In this document: piece by piece, positions 14,201-25,888 of the stretch | Position numbering within the stretch: position 1 is the stretch's first letter | Layout of the letters: each line of letters opens with the position of its first letter | From: Gonapodya sp. JEL0774 | Lineage: Eukaryota | Reading direction: 5' to 3' | Assembly (NCBI GenBank): GCA_027604505.1 | Contig: JADIIX010000044.1 | Span: forward strand, 62,001-126,000 | Length of the DNA stretch: 64,000 bases | The notes under the pieces: generated by a model | What the model was told of the DNA's origin: nothing | Databases searched by the model: none | The model's input: the letters and a program-made list of their open reading frames with translations, nothing else | Translations under genes and position numbers: made by a program

Positions 14201-15230
14201 TGTATGATGGCAGAGGGTAGTTGCATTCTCATGTGAGAAACCCATATGAGTTTGAGGTCTCAGTTGGACTGGCTCACCTGTTGGTTGTCCTTTGACACCA
14301 CTCTAATAGCGACGACAATAGGGCTCGTGTTTAGAGCCCTATCTGAGTCGAAGAGGAGGTCCTCAAGTTCCTGTAGGATGGCAAGTGTTTGACGGTCGCA
14401 GGAAAGGGAGGATGTAAAAGCAGCAGGGAATAGAGCAAGATGAGGGAGTAGAAATTAGCTTCACATATCATAAAGTCGGCGGCGTCTGATTGGTGAGACT
14501 TCCGCATGTGGAATGACGAACGTGCAGTCGAAGATCAGTACATTCGACTTGCGAATTTCGTCTGAAGTCCTCTTAAAGCTTGCATTCATCACATTCAAAT
14601 TGAAGCGCACTCTTGTCGCGTCCTGTCTCTCGTGGACGGCAACATACCTGCAGGTTACCCGGACTCGCGCTTTTTACCAGCCTCCACTTCTTTGTGCCTT
14701 CCAAGGACCACACTTCCACACGGTAACCCTTCTCGGTCAAGAGCGACCTCATGTGGGCGATCGCGTTCACCGGCGAAAGTGTGCAGTAAGGAAGGTCGCC
14801 CATGAACTTGAGGGCCGTTGTGGTTTTGTATACTGTGTTCGCGACGTGGAGTGCGTCATCTCCAAAGAACGCATAGTATTTGCCATTGTCTTTTTCAAAA
14901 ATACGGAGGCAGGAAGAGGGTTTCTGAGGGAGTTGCTTGGGATTAAAATACTCCAGCTCAGGAGCTCAACAGCATTGATTTTGGTGACCTACCTCGGGCA
15001 GATTCTTGAAAAAGCTAACAAATGAGCTGTCTCGACCTATGATTAGACAAGGGCGGGATGAATCGGGTGTTTATTGGTCCAAATCAGAGCCGGATGAATG
15101 GTAACAACGTAGTGCAATGTTGGTCGATTCGTGAGGGATTTGAAGGAAACAAGGAGGGAATCGCAGCGAAATCGCACAAGAAAGCCGTACCGAGCTCGAA
15201 TGAGTTTGAGTCTTTGAAGCTTTCACCCAT
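11203..15230 (-). CDS. MSH2: DNA mismatch repair protein MSH2, multi-exon
   Basis: [121 protein letters not shown]. Confidence 0.97.
14458..14606 (-). ncRNA. Candidate intronic box C/D-like structured RNA in an MSH2 intron (14371-14647)
   Basis: 277-nt intron. Terminal stem GCTTCA/TGAAGC; perfect C box GTGATGA (14592-14586); CTGA (14538-14535) and ATGA (14471-14468); nested helices GACTTC/GAAGTC, GACGAA/TTCGTC and AGTCGAA/TTCGACT. Confidence 0.5.
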
Positions 15231-15645
15231 TTCAGAATGTATGCAAAGCGGGAGATGACTGGTGCTCAACCCATCAGCACATTCACCCCATGCAACAACC
15301 GTGCAACACATCACCAGACAACCTATTCCCCCACTACGACCGAATCCCGATTCGCGGCCTACGGAAACCCGCTTTTTCGTCATCATCATTATTTTCTGCC
15401 TGAATCCGGACCGGAGCTTCCCAAATTCCCCAGAATCAGTCGCAAATTCAGTACTCCCAACTGACCCTTGGCCATCTGCCGATTCGAGCCTGCGGCACCG
15501 AACTTGGCCTGCATTCATTGCTCACAACGTTTTTGAGATAGTCCAGACTGGTGAGCCTGCTTCAACGCCGGAAAGTACCTCAAATCAACAACCGACCTAA
15601 ACGCAGGATACTTCTTCCATTACATTCACCTCAGCTGGCTCAGCA

Positions 15646-18243
15646 ATGTCCCTCCAAGCCCGATCTCAGGATCAACATCAATTTGGCCACAAGCGGCTAG
15701 TATCGATGCGCGATGCAGTGGACGGGGATAGTGAGTTTAGAACTCGCTAAAGCTGTCAGGGGGTGCCCTTTCACCTTAATTTACTTCCTCTCGCTCCGAA
15801 TGCGACTCATCTTCTCTTTTTCAATCTATCATTAGCATCTCTTCCGCATCTTGCCCGCGCCCTTCGCTTCCCACTCTCACCGATCGCCTCGCCGAGTCCC
15901 GCGAACCCGTCTTCCCGATCATGCCGCGTTTCCAACCGGACTCGCTCAGCCACACACCACTGCTCGAAATCATATGCCGACTCAGATACTTGCTCGGACT
16001 CTGACGCAGCGGCCGAACTGGAGGTCGAGATCGAGGTGGAACACATTTCGAAACGGCGAAAAGGTTCTTCGACGCCTCTCACCCGGGCTGCTGCAGCGGC
16101 TATGCAGACGAGATCGGGCAGGATTATCCGGAGGGAGGATGAGAGTGGAAGTGAAAGCGATGTAGAAAATGATTCGGGAAAGGAGGACGCGGAGAAAGTC
16201 TCGGAGAAGAAAGTCTTTGAAACACCATCAGGCAAAGGTCGACACAGATGGGTGAAACGCACGCCAGAAAACACCGAGAGACGAGGTTTGTTTTGACGCT
16301 GCGTGTTGTACGTTGCAGGAGACCACGTTATGGACACGCTAATGGTATTGACAATCTCGCCAGTACCGCCTCAAACTCCAACCTTCGCAGTATCTCCACT
16401 CACCGCCACCGCCGTATATCGCCCAACTCTCGCACCGCGGCGCACTAACATCTCAGTATCACCCACCACTTCGCCTCTGTCCATCGCACCTTTCACTTCT
16501 CCCTCACAGTCCTCTTCCTGTCAGTCTCCTACCCATTCAATTTCCCCGACCCCTACCCCAAGCAGCAACTCTCCATCACCATATCAATCCCCGCTCGTTG
16601 CTCTCTCCGCCCTCTCCCTTCTCTTCCGCCGATCTCACAACCCACCCAACCTCCCCTGCCGTGACTCAGAACGGACCACCATCCGCCAGTTCCTCCGACG
16701 CTCGTTCATCGACGCGCCTGCAAGGCCGGGGGGTATGTACGTCAGTGGGCTACCCGGAACTGGTAAGACGGCTGTAGTGGGCGAGTGTGTGAAGCAGCTC
16801 GAAGCTGAAGGGGTGAGATTCTACTGAGAACGTGCTCAGTGATCGGTGATTTTAACCCGGGCCCACCCTTCACGCATTTCAAGCTTTTTGTCACAATCGA
16901 TATCAATTGTGCAACCCTCCCTAACGCGCAATCCGTCTTTGCTCGAGCCCTAACCGACATCCATGCTGCTCGTCACCGGTCCTCGTCTACTTTCTCATCT
17001 GCCACTTTGAATCCGAAGAGTAAAGATACCCAACGGGAACTGGAGGCCGAAGTGTGCCGAAAGGATGGAAAGCCGATGTGAGTTAAGTGTTGTCTCTGCC
17101 AGATGGCGTCACTCTCATATTGAACTCGGCATCCACTGCCGCAGCCTCCTCCTCCTCGACGAAATTGATCACCTTCTTCCCTCGCCATCCACCAACCACC
17201 GACCGTCCGATGCCTCTGCAGCGTCCTTTACGGGAGGTGACTTGGTGCATACTCTTTTTGCAATGCCACACTTGAAGGACAGTCGTTGTGCAGTCATGGG
17301 GATTGCCAACGCGTTGGACTTAGCCGAGAGATGGATGCCGAGGCTGAGGGCGAGGGGTGGTGGGTCTACGGCATGATTTGGAAAGCGATTTCATGGATGT
17401 TGACTGTCTTCTGGCTTCTCATTGTTCCCGAAATAGTTGAACCTGCTCTTCTCAACTTCCCCGCATACACCGTGGCTCAAATCGCCGAGATTCTCCGCGA
17501 TCGTGTCGCGTCCGTCTCTAGTCTTGATCAGCCCTTGTTTCAACCGGCGGCTGTGGAGCTCGCGGCAAGGAAGACGGCTGGCACAGGGGATTTAAGGAAG
17601 GCGTTGGATGTCTGCCGGTAGGTTGGGCTTGAGCGCAGATGAATGAAGGTGCAAGTGCTTGACATGATACTTCCCACGACCATGCCACAGGCAAGCTATT
17701 GAACTCGCTGAAGCAGAACTACGAACGAAACCATTGGTTGATCAGTCTGCAACGTCTGTTCCGCTTGCGGAGTCGTGCTTCAAGGCAAACCTGCAACCTG
17801 CTCCGAAACCTCACGTCACACTTTCCCATGTCCTCCGCGCTTCCTCAACCTCCATGGGCACCTCATCATCCTCGGTCGATCGGGTTCGCGCGCTCCCATT
17901 GCACGCAAAGCTCGCACTCGTCGCCGCCATCGCATCCCAGCACGCAAGATGTACCAATCCATCACTACCGCCTCTGACTGTCGGTGCTCTGTATGTAGAA
18001 TACGTGGCCCGCTTCGGGGTGCTGACCCCCTGCGTGACGAGGTCGGAATTCGTAGATTTGGTAGAGCTCGCGGGTGCAGGAGGGGTATTTGCGGTGGGGT
18101 CGGCGGCCAAAGGAAAGAAGAAGGGCGTGGGAGAAGAACGAATTGTTGGCGTAGAAGTTGGGGAGATCGACGTCGGAAAGGGGGTTGAAGGGTGTGGGTT
18201 GGCGATGAAGGGGTGGAACGAGGTTCAAGCAGTTAAAAGGTGA
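15646..18243 (+). CDS. CDC6: Cell division control protein 6 (AAA+ replication licensing factor); start approximate
   Basis: LPCRDSE, Walker A YVSGLPGTGKT, INC, Walker B LLLDEIDHL, GIANALDLAER, LNFPAYT..QIAEIL..R, GDLRKALDVCR, C-terminal winged helix (LPLHAKLAL...SEFVDLVE). Confidence 0.93.
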
Positions 18244-19006
18244 TTTTATGGACAAATGTATTGAAGCACCACGTAACTAAATCAAACAAAGAATTTTTTG
18301 AGCGGGGGTCAGGAGCCAAGGAGTTTGACATTGCTGATCGTCCATTTTTACCCTTGGCGGCGGGTGAATAAAAGGGGGAGCCGCGATCACATCTCTTGGC
18401 TTGGAATACAATCAGGGACTAGGTGTGTAGGTGTTCAGCTGAGAGATGTGACATTCTCATGGACATTATGCCGTCAGATTCCGGTATTTCAGATTTTACC
18501 CTCTGGTGTCCCCCACAGGTACATGATACTCAAAACAAACAAACACGATCAGCCACCACCTGTCACCAAAAGTAACGAAATACACAAAGCGTCACCTAAT
18601 ACACAGATTTTATATAGGTTTAGACTAAGTCATTCCGAGAACAAACGCACGGATGTAAGTTATTGCACGGTGGGAGACTTGAGTCACATGATAAAGAGGC
18701 GCACGGCTAATTATCTCGGTGATCTTATGAGAAGAGTGGACATGTTGCGTGAACTGACGCAGCCTCGCTATGGTGAAAGCAAATCTGTTGGCAAATTTCA
18801 TTTCCATTTTTGGTGAGAAACTAGTTTGGCTGGACTGCTCGCGTCCTCTTGGCGTCCCTAGCTTTTTCGGCCCATGCTCCCTTGGGCGGTCCTCCTGTCG
18901 ACCAGAACACCCGATTCAAAATTAGGATTCGAGTGCCTCTGATGCCTCCCCTCAAACATATCAACCTTCTCCGCGATGCCGAGATCGGAGCCGACTTGCG
19001 ACGAGG

Positions 19007-22000
19007 ATGGCTGCAGTCAAGCGGAGGGACAGCGAATCCCAAGAGCACGAAGATTCTGGTCTCGAAAGTGACAAGGAAGGGCTCGTCAGTGAACGTAATG
19101 AGTCTGCGTTCAAGAGGACTATTTGGTCCAGCAAAAAGCGGCGGTACGGATTCTTGTGCCTGTTAACCACTATCGTTGTGGTAGTGATTGCGGTTCCTCT
19201 TGCTCTATACGTAATTGGTGAGTTCATTTTTGGATTAGATATGTATGGGGATGATTCCCACCATCCACTCAAACTGCTGTCGAAGCTCCCAAAATCGCAC
19301 AGTCCGCGATCGACGGATCTAGCCTAACGTTCGAATCTGTCGTTATCACAAACGCTCAGAATGACCAATTTACACTTCGAACACTTGGTAAAATCAAGGA
19401 CACAGGACCCTTTTCGGCTCGCATTACATTTCCAGAGAACATTACAGTTAGTTACAAGGGAAAGAACATCGGTGAGTGAGTGAGTTCTCTGCTCCTTTGC
19501 AAGCAGTTTATAAGAGGTATACTTGCTTGTGCACAGCGCAAATTCCGATGTCCCCACTCGATGCCTCGCCTGGAAGTGGGTGAGTGGAGTGTCTGGAATT
19601 AATATTTTGCATTCATTCGTCATTTACGCGGAACTCAACTCCAACCCAGTGCCGTAATTAACAGCACAGTGCAGGCCAGAGTGTTGGATTCATCAGCTTT
19701 TGGTTCATTTTCACAGGAGATGGTATTGCTTCCGGTTTTTGACTGGCGCCTTCAGGGTAGTGCCACCGTCGAAGCGCTTGGACGCACGTTTTCGGGGTTG
19801 AGCATCGACAAGACAGTAACTTTTAAAGGCTTCAGTGGACTCAGGAATATTTCTATCCTTTCATTCGACCTTCCTGGTAATGACCCGAATGGCGGCATCA
19901 AGATTATTTTGCAAACGCTCCTCGTCAATCCCAGCACCATCAGTATTGCAATGGGGGATTTAACTTTCAATGTTTCGCTGGGTGGGAACTTTATCGGCAC
20001 CACAGTCTCTACAAGCACAACAATCGCCGCCGGTAACAATGTTCTCAATATGTCTGGTCGTCTTGCACCCGGCGTAAATGAATCCCAAGTATCGCAGCTC
20101 TTTACCGACTTCGTTGCCGGAAAAGGTTCGTTTGCGTATAAACAAACCAAAATATGTATTTGATCGATGAACTGCGGATTCGTTTCCAGCTTCCGCACTT
20201 ACCGTGATTGGAACCGACGTTCAGCCACCCATTAGCTGGCTTCGACAGGTACGTAGCTTCATTTCCCGTACCACAAACCTGTTTTCGTTAAAAGTATTAC
20301 TTTGACAGTCTTTCGTGGGCCTGACCCTGCCTGTGACACTCCCTGCGAAAGCCGCTAACATCATCACCGGCATTGAAACCAAAACAATATCCCTCACTTT
20401 TGATCCAGCAAACCCCTGGTCTCCTAAGATGACATCTCCTCAAGTTCTTGCTGATCTCGAGGTAACATTTAGTATCTTGGCTCTTGATATGCTCTAAACT
20501 TCCAATTCCTAGATGCCTTTCGCATTTCCGTTGGAAATTCGAACCGTACGCATGGTCATCTCTATGTTGAGCAGTGGTGCCCCAATCGCGAGTATCTCGT
20601 CGGGTTGGTTACCGGCAACCTCTCATTTCAATGGCTCTCGAGGCACCATGGCAGTTGACTTGCAGAACGCGAATATGACCATCTCAAAGGTGAAATAATA
20701 TGACAGGATCACTTGGGCCCTGACATAAAAACAGCAATACTCAATCTTTCTTTTCCAGGAACAACAACCTGCATTCTCTGCGTTCCTCAACTCCACATTG
20801 TTTGCAACGGGCAACGTACCTGCTCCAATTTCGATTACTGCAGACTCTGTTGCTTCCACCGCCGCAGGTAGATTATAAGTGCTTCTGGGTCAGCAGCGCC
20901 GGTTGGTGACAGGTGACATTCCCAAGGCAATATCACCATCTCCGACATCAAATTCAGCACAGATCTACAATTGGTGGGAATTCAGGGTCTTGCCGCATCG
21001 CCCGTCAATATCTTGGCGTTCAACATCATGTGAGTATCAAAGTGAAAAGCTCCATGAACATCCCTAACATGTTTGGTAATGCCTTTGCGCACACAGCGGG
21101 GGGACCACCGATTACATGGAAATGACTCTCACCACTACCATTGTGAACCCCAGCAACATTGAGATCGTCATGTCTTCCGACGTCATCCTTGTATTGCTTT
21201 ACAAGGGTCAGGTCGTCGGAACGGTGACTCTTCCCCGTTTGACGATCAAAATTGGTGACAACGTCATTAATGCAACTGCGTGAGTGTCTCATACGGTTGC
21301 TTGCTCTGTCTCCCTGATCAATGAGGCTAGCCGATCTCCCAATATTTAGAAAGTTTTCCCCTATCTCTACTGCTGCCAAAGCTGCCGGCTCTCAACTGAT
21401 TGCGGCATATATTGGTGGAATCGACACCACTGTTGAAATTCAAGGAAGTTCGAATTCCACGTTGATCACCCCTCTGGTGCCTGCTCTTTCGTCACTTGCA
21501 CTGTCCTCAACCTTGCCGGGACTCAAATCAAAACTTTTGGTCAATTCGCGGTTCATGTTGACGGACTCCACGGTGACAGATTTTATTGCGAAGTCAGGTA
21601 TGTGGCGTATTGAGGGCGCTAGGTACGACACAAACAACATCGTATCTTTGAAGGATTCGATGCGACAAACCCCACATCTGCTCCCTTGACCATCACACAT
21701 ATTACCGGGCAGCTGCTACGTGGTGGGACCATCCTTGGAAGCATCGACACGGGCCTCAATCTTTTCATCGCTCCTGGTTCTACAGCGCGCTCGCCAGCTC
21801 TCGACACCAAAATGTGAGGGTAGCTGTTTATTGTGATGGAATAAACGTGAAGCCAGTATCTAACTATTATACATTTTCACGTGAAGCGTGCTCAACCAAG
21901 CATCGGCGAATGCTATTGTGGCTGCCCTTGATGGCGAACTAAGCGTGGACATAAAAGTCGATGCACTGACCATGCAGGTTGGCAACTACACCACGACTAC

Positions 22001-25000
22001 AACGTATACTCAAAATGGCGTAGTGACCAACTTACAAGATCCAAGTGGTGGGGCGTCGGCCAACAAGGGCAATCTCATTACTGGTCTGACGACTGGCAAT
22101 TTTCTGATAAGCTTTGATCCAAAGAATCCATGGGCCCCAACGATGTCATCCTCCGGTATTGTTACACATCTGACGGTGCGTGAATTATTAATACCTAATC
22201 GACAAGAAGCATCCCCGTTCAACCAGCTTTTGATTTTGCGTTGTCTCCTGAACCTCAATACCACAGCTCCCCTTTGTTTTCCCAATGACAATATCCCAAG
22301 TTCGGATGAATATCAACATGAACAACGGTATCGGACAGATTACAACGGGATGGAACCCTGCCACATCTAGTTTTTCGGGAAAAGTGGGTACTGTTACCAC
22401 GGATCTGACCAACGCAGTAATCCAGATACCAGAAGTGAGTCACATTTAAATTATGACATGTCAGTTTCTGCGGGAGGCGACGGCAAATTCTCCTCGGATT
22501 CGGATTTTAGGCACAACACAACGCATTTGCTGCGTTTATGAAGTCGACACTGTTTGCAACCGGGGCAGCTCCCTTGCCTATTAACGTTCTGGCGGACACA
22601 AATGCGACCACACCAGCAGGTAACGTATTGAGTGGATAACCAAATGGATGATGCAGATGTGGACTTGTTCTTCCTCCCCTTCTCAGGACAAGTTAATCTC
22701 GAAGGCGTTCCATTCTCGACAAACCTGAATTTGGTCGGGATGCAAGGTCTTGCGTCTACTCCAGTTGAAATCTTAGCGTTCGATATAGTCGGTGGGACCT
22801 CCCTTGGAATGCAAATCAAATTAACCACAAAGGTGCGTTCAAAACGCCCGCACGGCTACACTGTACCCCATCGACTTCCTCTCTTTGATTTCAGATTCAA
22901 AATCCCAGTAACATTCGACTTGCTCAAGGCTCTGATGTAGTCTTCCAACTAAGCTACTTGGGTGAGGTGGTTGGAACTGTCACTATACCGAACCTCACAT
23001 TGGAGATTGGAAACAATGTTCTCTCCGCGACTGCGTGGGTTTTTAGAGGCCAATTTGTTCCATTGTTGAGTTGTGAATAACGCATGATGATCTCTTGCAG
23101 TCTACTTTCTCCTCAAACACCGGCAGCAATGGCTGCAGCCTCGAAGCTGGTTGGCGCGTACATAGGAGGAACGAACACTACGGTCCAGATCACAGGCTTT
23201 TCTGGCTCAACTGTCATACCCGCACTTGTTCCAGCTCTCTCAGCGCTAAGCTTGTCATCGGTCCTACCTTCTATAATGAGCAAGCTTCTGTTGAACGCAC
23301 GTTTCCAATTGACGCCCACCACCTACCAGGACCTTATTGCCAAATCTGGCTTCGATGCCTTTAACCCCACCAATGTTGACTTGACACTCACTCACGTGAC
23401 ATCGGATCTCATTTACAAAGGAAGTGTCATCGCGAGTATTGACTCACCTTTGAATCTGGCGATTCCGGCCAAGGGATCCGCGCGATCTCCGACCCTTGAC
23501 ACTAAGATGTGAGATTGTACTCGAATATTTGTTGACCAACTTTTTCACGTGACGCTTAACTATCGATAGCTATCTCGTTCAACCCGCTGCCCAAGCAATC
23601 GTGGATGCTCTGTCTGGAAGCCTCAATGTCACGATAAGGGCGTCAGCTTTGCGCATCAAAGTCGGTGACTATCAAATTGATGCGGCTTACTCGCAGGACG
23701 GGGTCTCCGTTTCCTATGAGGACCCAGCCGGAGGAATCCCTGTGAATAAAAACGGGATTATCAGCAGTGTGGAAACGAAGAACTTCGTGCTTTCGTTTGA
23801 TCCAGCAAACCCTTGGTCCCCGAAGATGTCTTCGCCGGGTGTTGTGTCAAACTTGCATGTGGGTGTAACCGCAATTCTGAAGTTACTCACGACACTATGG
23901 TTCACCTTTAAAATTTTACCAGATGCCGTTTATCTTCCCTCTCGATATCCAACAAGTAAAAATGACGATCAAAATGCTCGCGGCGGCTGACAGCACAACT
24001 GCCCTTGCCACCATTACCTCTGGCTACAGTCCAGCAACTTCTCGCTTCACAGGCGCTGATGGTGTTATGACCACGGATTTGACTAATGGCGCAATGAACG
24101 TTCCTACTGTAAGAACATCACTGTGCTACTCTTGATTCTTGTGATGATGAGCTGAGATTGCGATATTCTTGTCTAGGCTACTCATGAAGCATTTGGTGCC
24201 TTGATGAAAGCGGTGTTGTTCGCAAAAGGGGCGGTACCGATACCCGTGGCTATCATCGCAGATGCGCAGGCACACACTCTAGCCGGTAAGTTCTCTTGTG
24301 GTACATTAATTGACATTGCTTAACGACTCGGTGGTGTGGATACTGTATTTCCAGGGGACGTCACAATAACGGATATTCCGTTCGCCACAGCGCTCACGCT
24401 GCAAGGAATGCAAGGGCTCGCTACGCAGCCGGTGGAGATATTGGCTTTTGATATTGTTGGCGGTACCACTGGTGGAATGCAGATCAGGTTGACCAACAAG
24501 GTACGTCCGTTTGATCGCGTCACGTGGCGATGTCCGACTGACCCTCGCTGTCTAGCTTTTTAATCCTAGTAACATCCGTATCATTCACGGGAGCGATGTC
24601 GTCTTCCAAATGGTGTTCCAGAACGAGGTTGTAGGCACAGTTACCCTTCCAAACCTGGACCTTCAAATGGGAGAAAACGTCATCAATGCCACAGCGTTGG
24701 TACTACTTTTGTCTTAGCCCTGCAGTCTGCAGGCATGTCACACCACGAATGTCTGACCTTGCATTCTTTTAGAATTGTTAACCCTCAGAGTGATAGCGCC
24801 AGACTCGCAGCGAAGGTTTTGAACTCAAACTACATTGGAGGGCAAACCTCTACTGTCAGCATTCAAGGCTTCCAAGGCTCAACCGTGCTACCGCCGCTGG
24901 TCTCCGCTTTCCAATCTCTCACACTTGGGACCATGCTCAAAGGGATAGCTGACAAACTGCTTGTCCGGGCACGTATAGGAATACCAGAACCCGGCGACCC

Positions 25001-25621
25001 GTTCCTGGTATCAGATCCGGGTATGTTTTACACAGGGTTCACGGCGTATAACCCAACAGATGCCACAATGACAATTACGTGAGTAACTGCAAGCTGGAAC
25101 CCTGTTGGCTTCGATTAGATAGGATCATCTCACCGACTGGCAACCTGTCTAGGCACTTGGTCTCGCAAGTGATTTGGTTCGATGCTGGCGCTTGGGGGGT
25201 CCCAAATCCCAATCCAAACGGTGAAGTGATTGGCACAATCGATACAAGTGTCACAGTGATCATCCCACCAAAGTCAAAGAAGAAGTCCCCTCCATTTGGA
25301 GTCTTAGTGTGAGCTCCGAGCTCAAGCGACCACGCGAGTTGGATGTTTTCTTGATCGTGCGCTCTGCCTCCTTCCCCAACCCACCGCAGACCTGACTCCC
25401 CGGTAGCTGTTGCTTCCCTCTTTCCTCTCATCACAAATGCTCTTGTTGTCACTATCTCGTCACCGACCATGTCAATCAAGATTGGCGACTACCCCACCGA
25501 GGTGTCCTACTCCCAGCCAAATATTCTTGTCGATTTGTTTGATTACAATTACACCACTAAGGCCGAAAAGTTGTTCGATCCCACAACCGGGGATTTCACT
25601 TTGCCTTATCCGGATGATTAG
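19007..25621 (+). CDS. Large type II membrane protein with repeated DUF3712/LEA2-like beta domains (Tag1-like family), many exons
   Basis: N-terminal basic patch followed by a TM helix (KKRRYGFLCLLTTIVVVVIAVPLALY); FSGLSIDKTVTFKGFSGL..ISILSFDLPGNDPNGGI...NPSTISIAMGDL motif and its repeats; last exon ends at TAG 25619-25621. Confidence 0.75.
20330..25550 (+). repeat. Three diverged intragenic tandem copies (~1.7 kb period) of a multi-exon module
   Basis: FDPANPWSPKM / FDPKNPWAPTM / FDPANPWSPKM at ~20400, ~22115, ~23800; MPFAFPL / LPFVFPM / MPFIFPL; G(I/M)QGLA..PV.ILAF.I three times; introns at equivalent positions. Confidence 0.85.
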
Positions 25622-25888
25622 AGCGTGTGAGTCTTGGAGGGAACGTGAAAGGTCTATACTTTTGTGGATTTTGGGAGAGAAGGAAGAGAGCATGGCCAAA
25701 GTTTTGATCTATGCAACAAGAAACGTTCAGCGGCGAAGTTTTGATGATATCAGATATGTACTGCAAACAAAGTCGCAAATACTTTCGAGTAGGATTGATT
25801 TATGGGAAAGCATGAACTCAGTCAGAATGCGAAGTTAGCCCAGGAATTTTTTGCCCCCCTGTGCTACTCAGACTTTTTCATCGGTGCG

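Noticed and set aside
18298..18816. 172-aa plus-strand ORF between CDC6 and the Tag1-like gene
   Set aside because: TTG start, no motifs and intergenic-like composition
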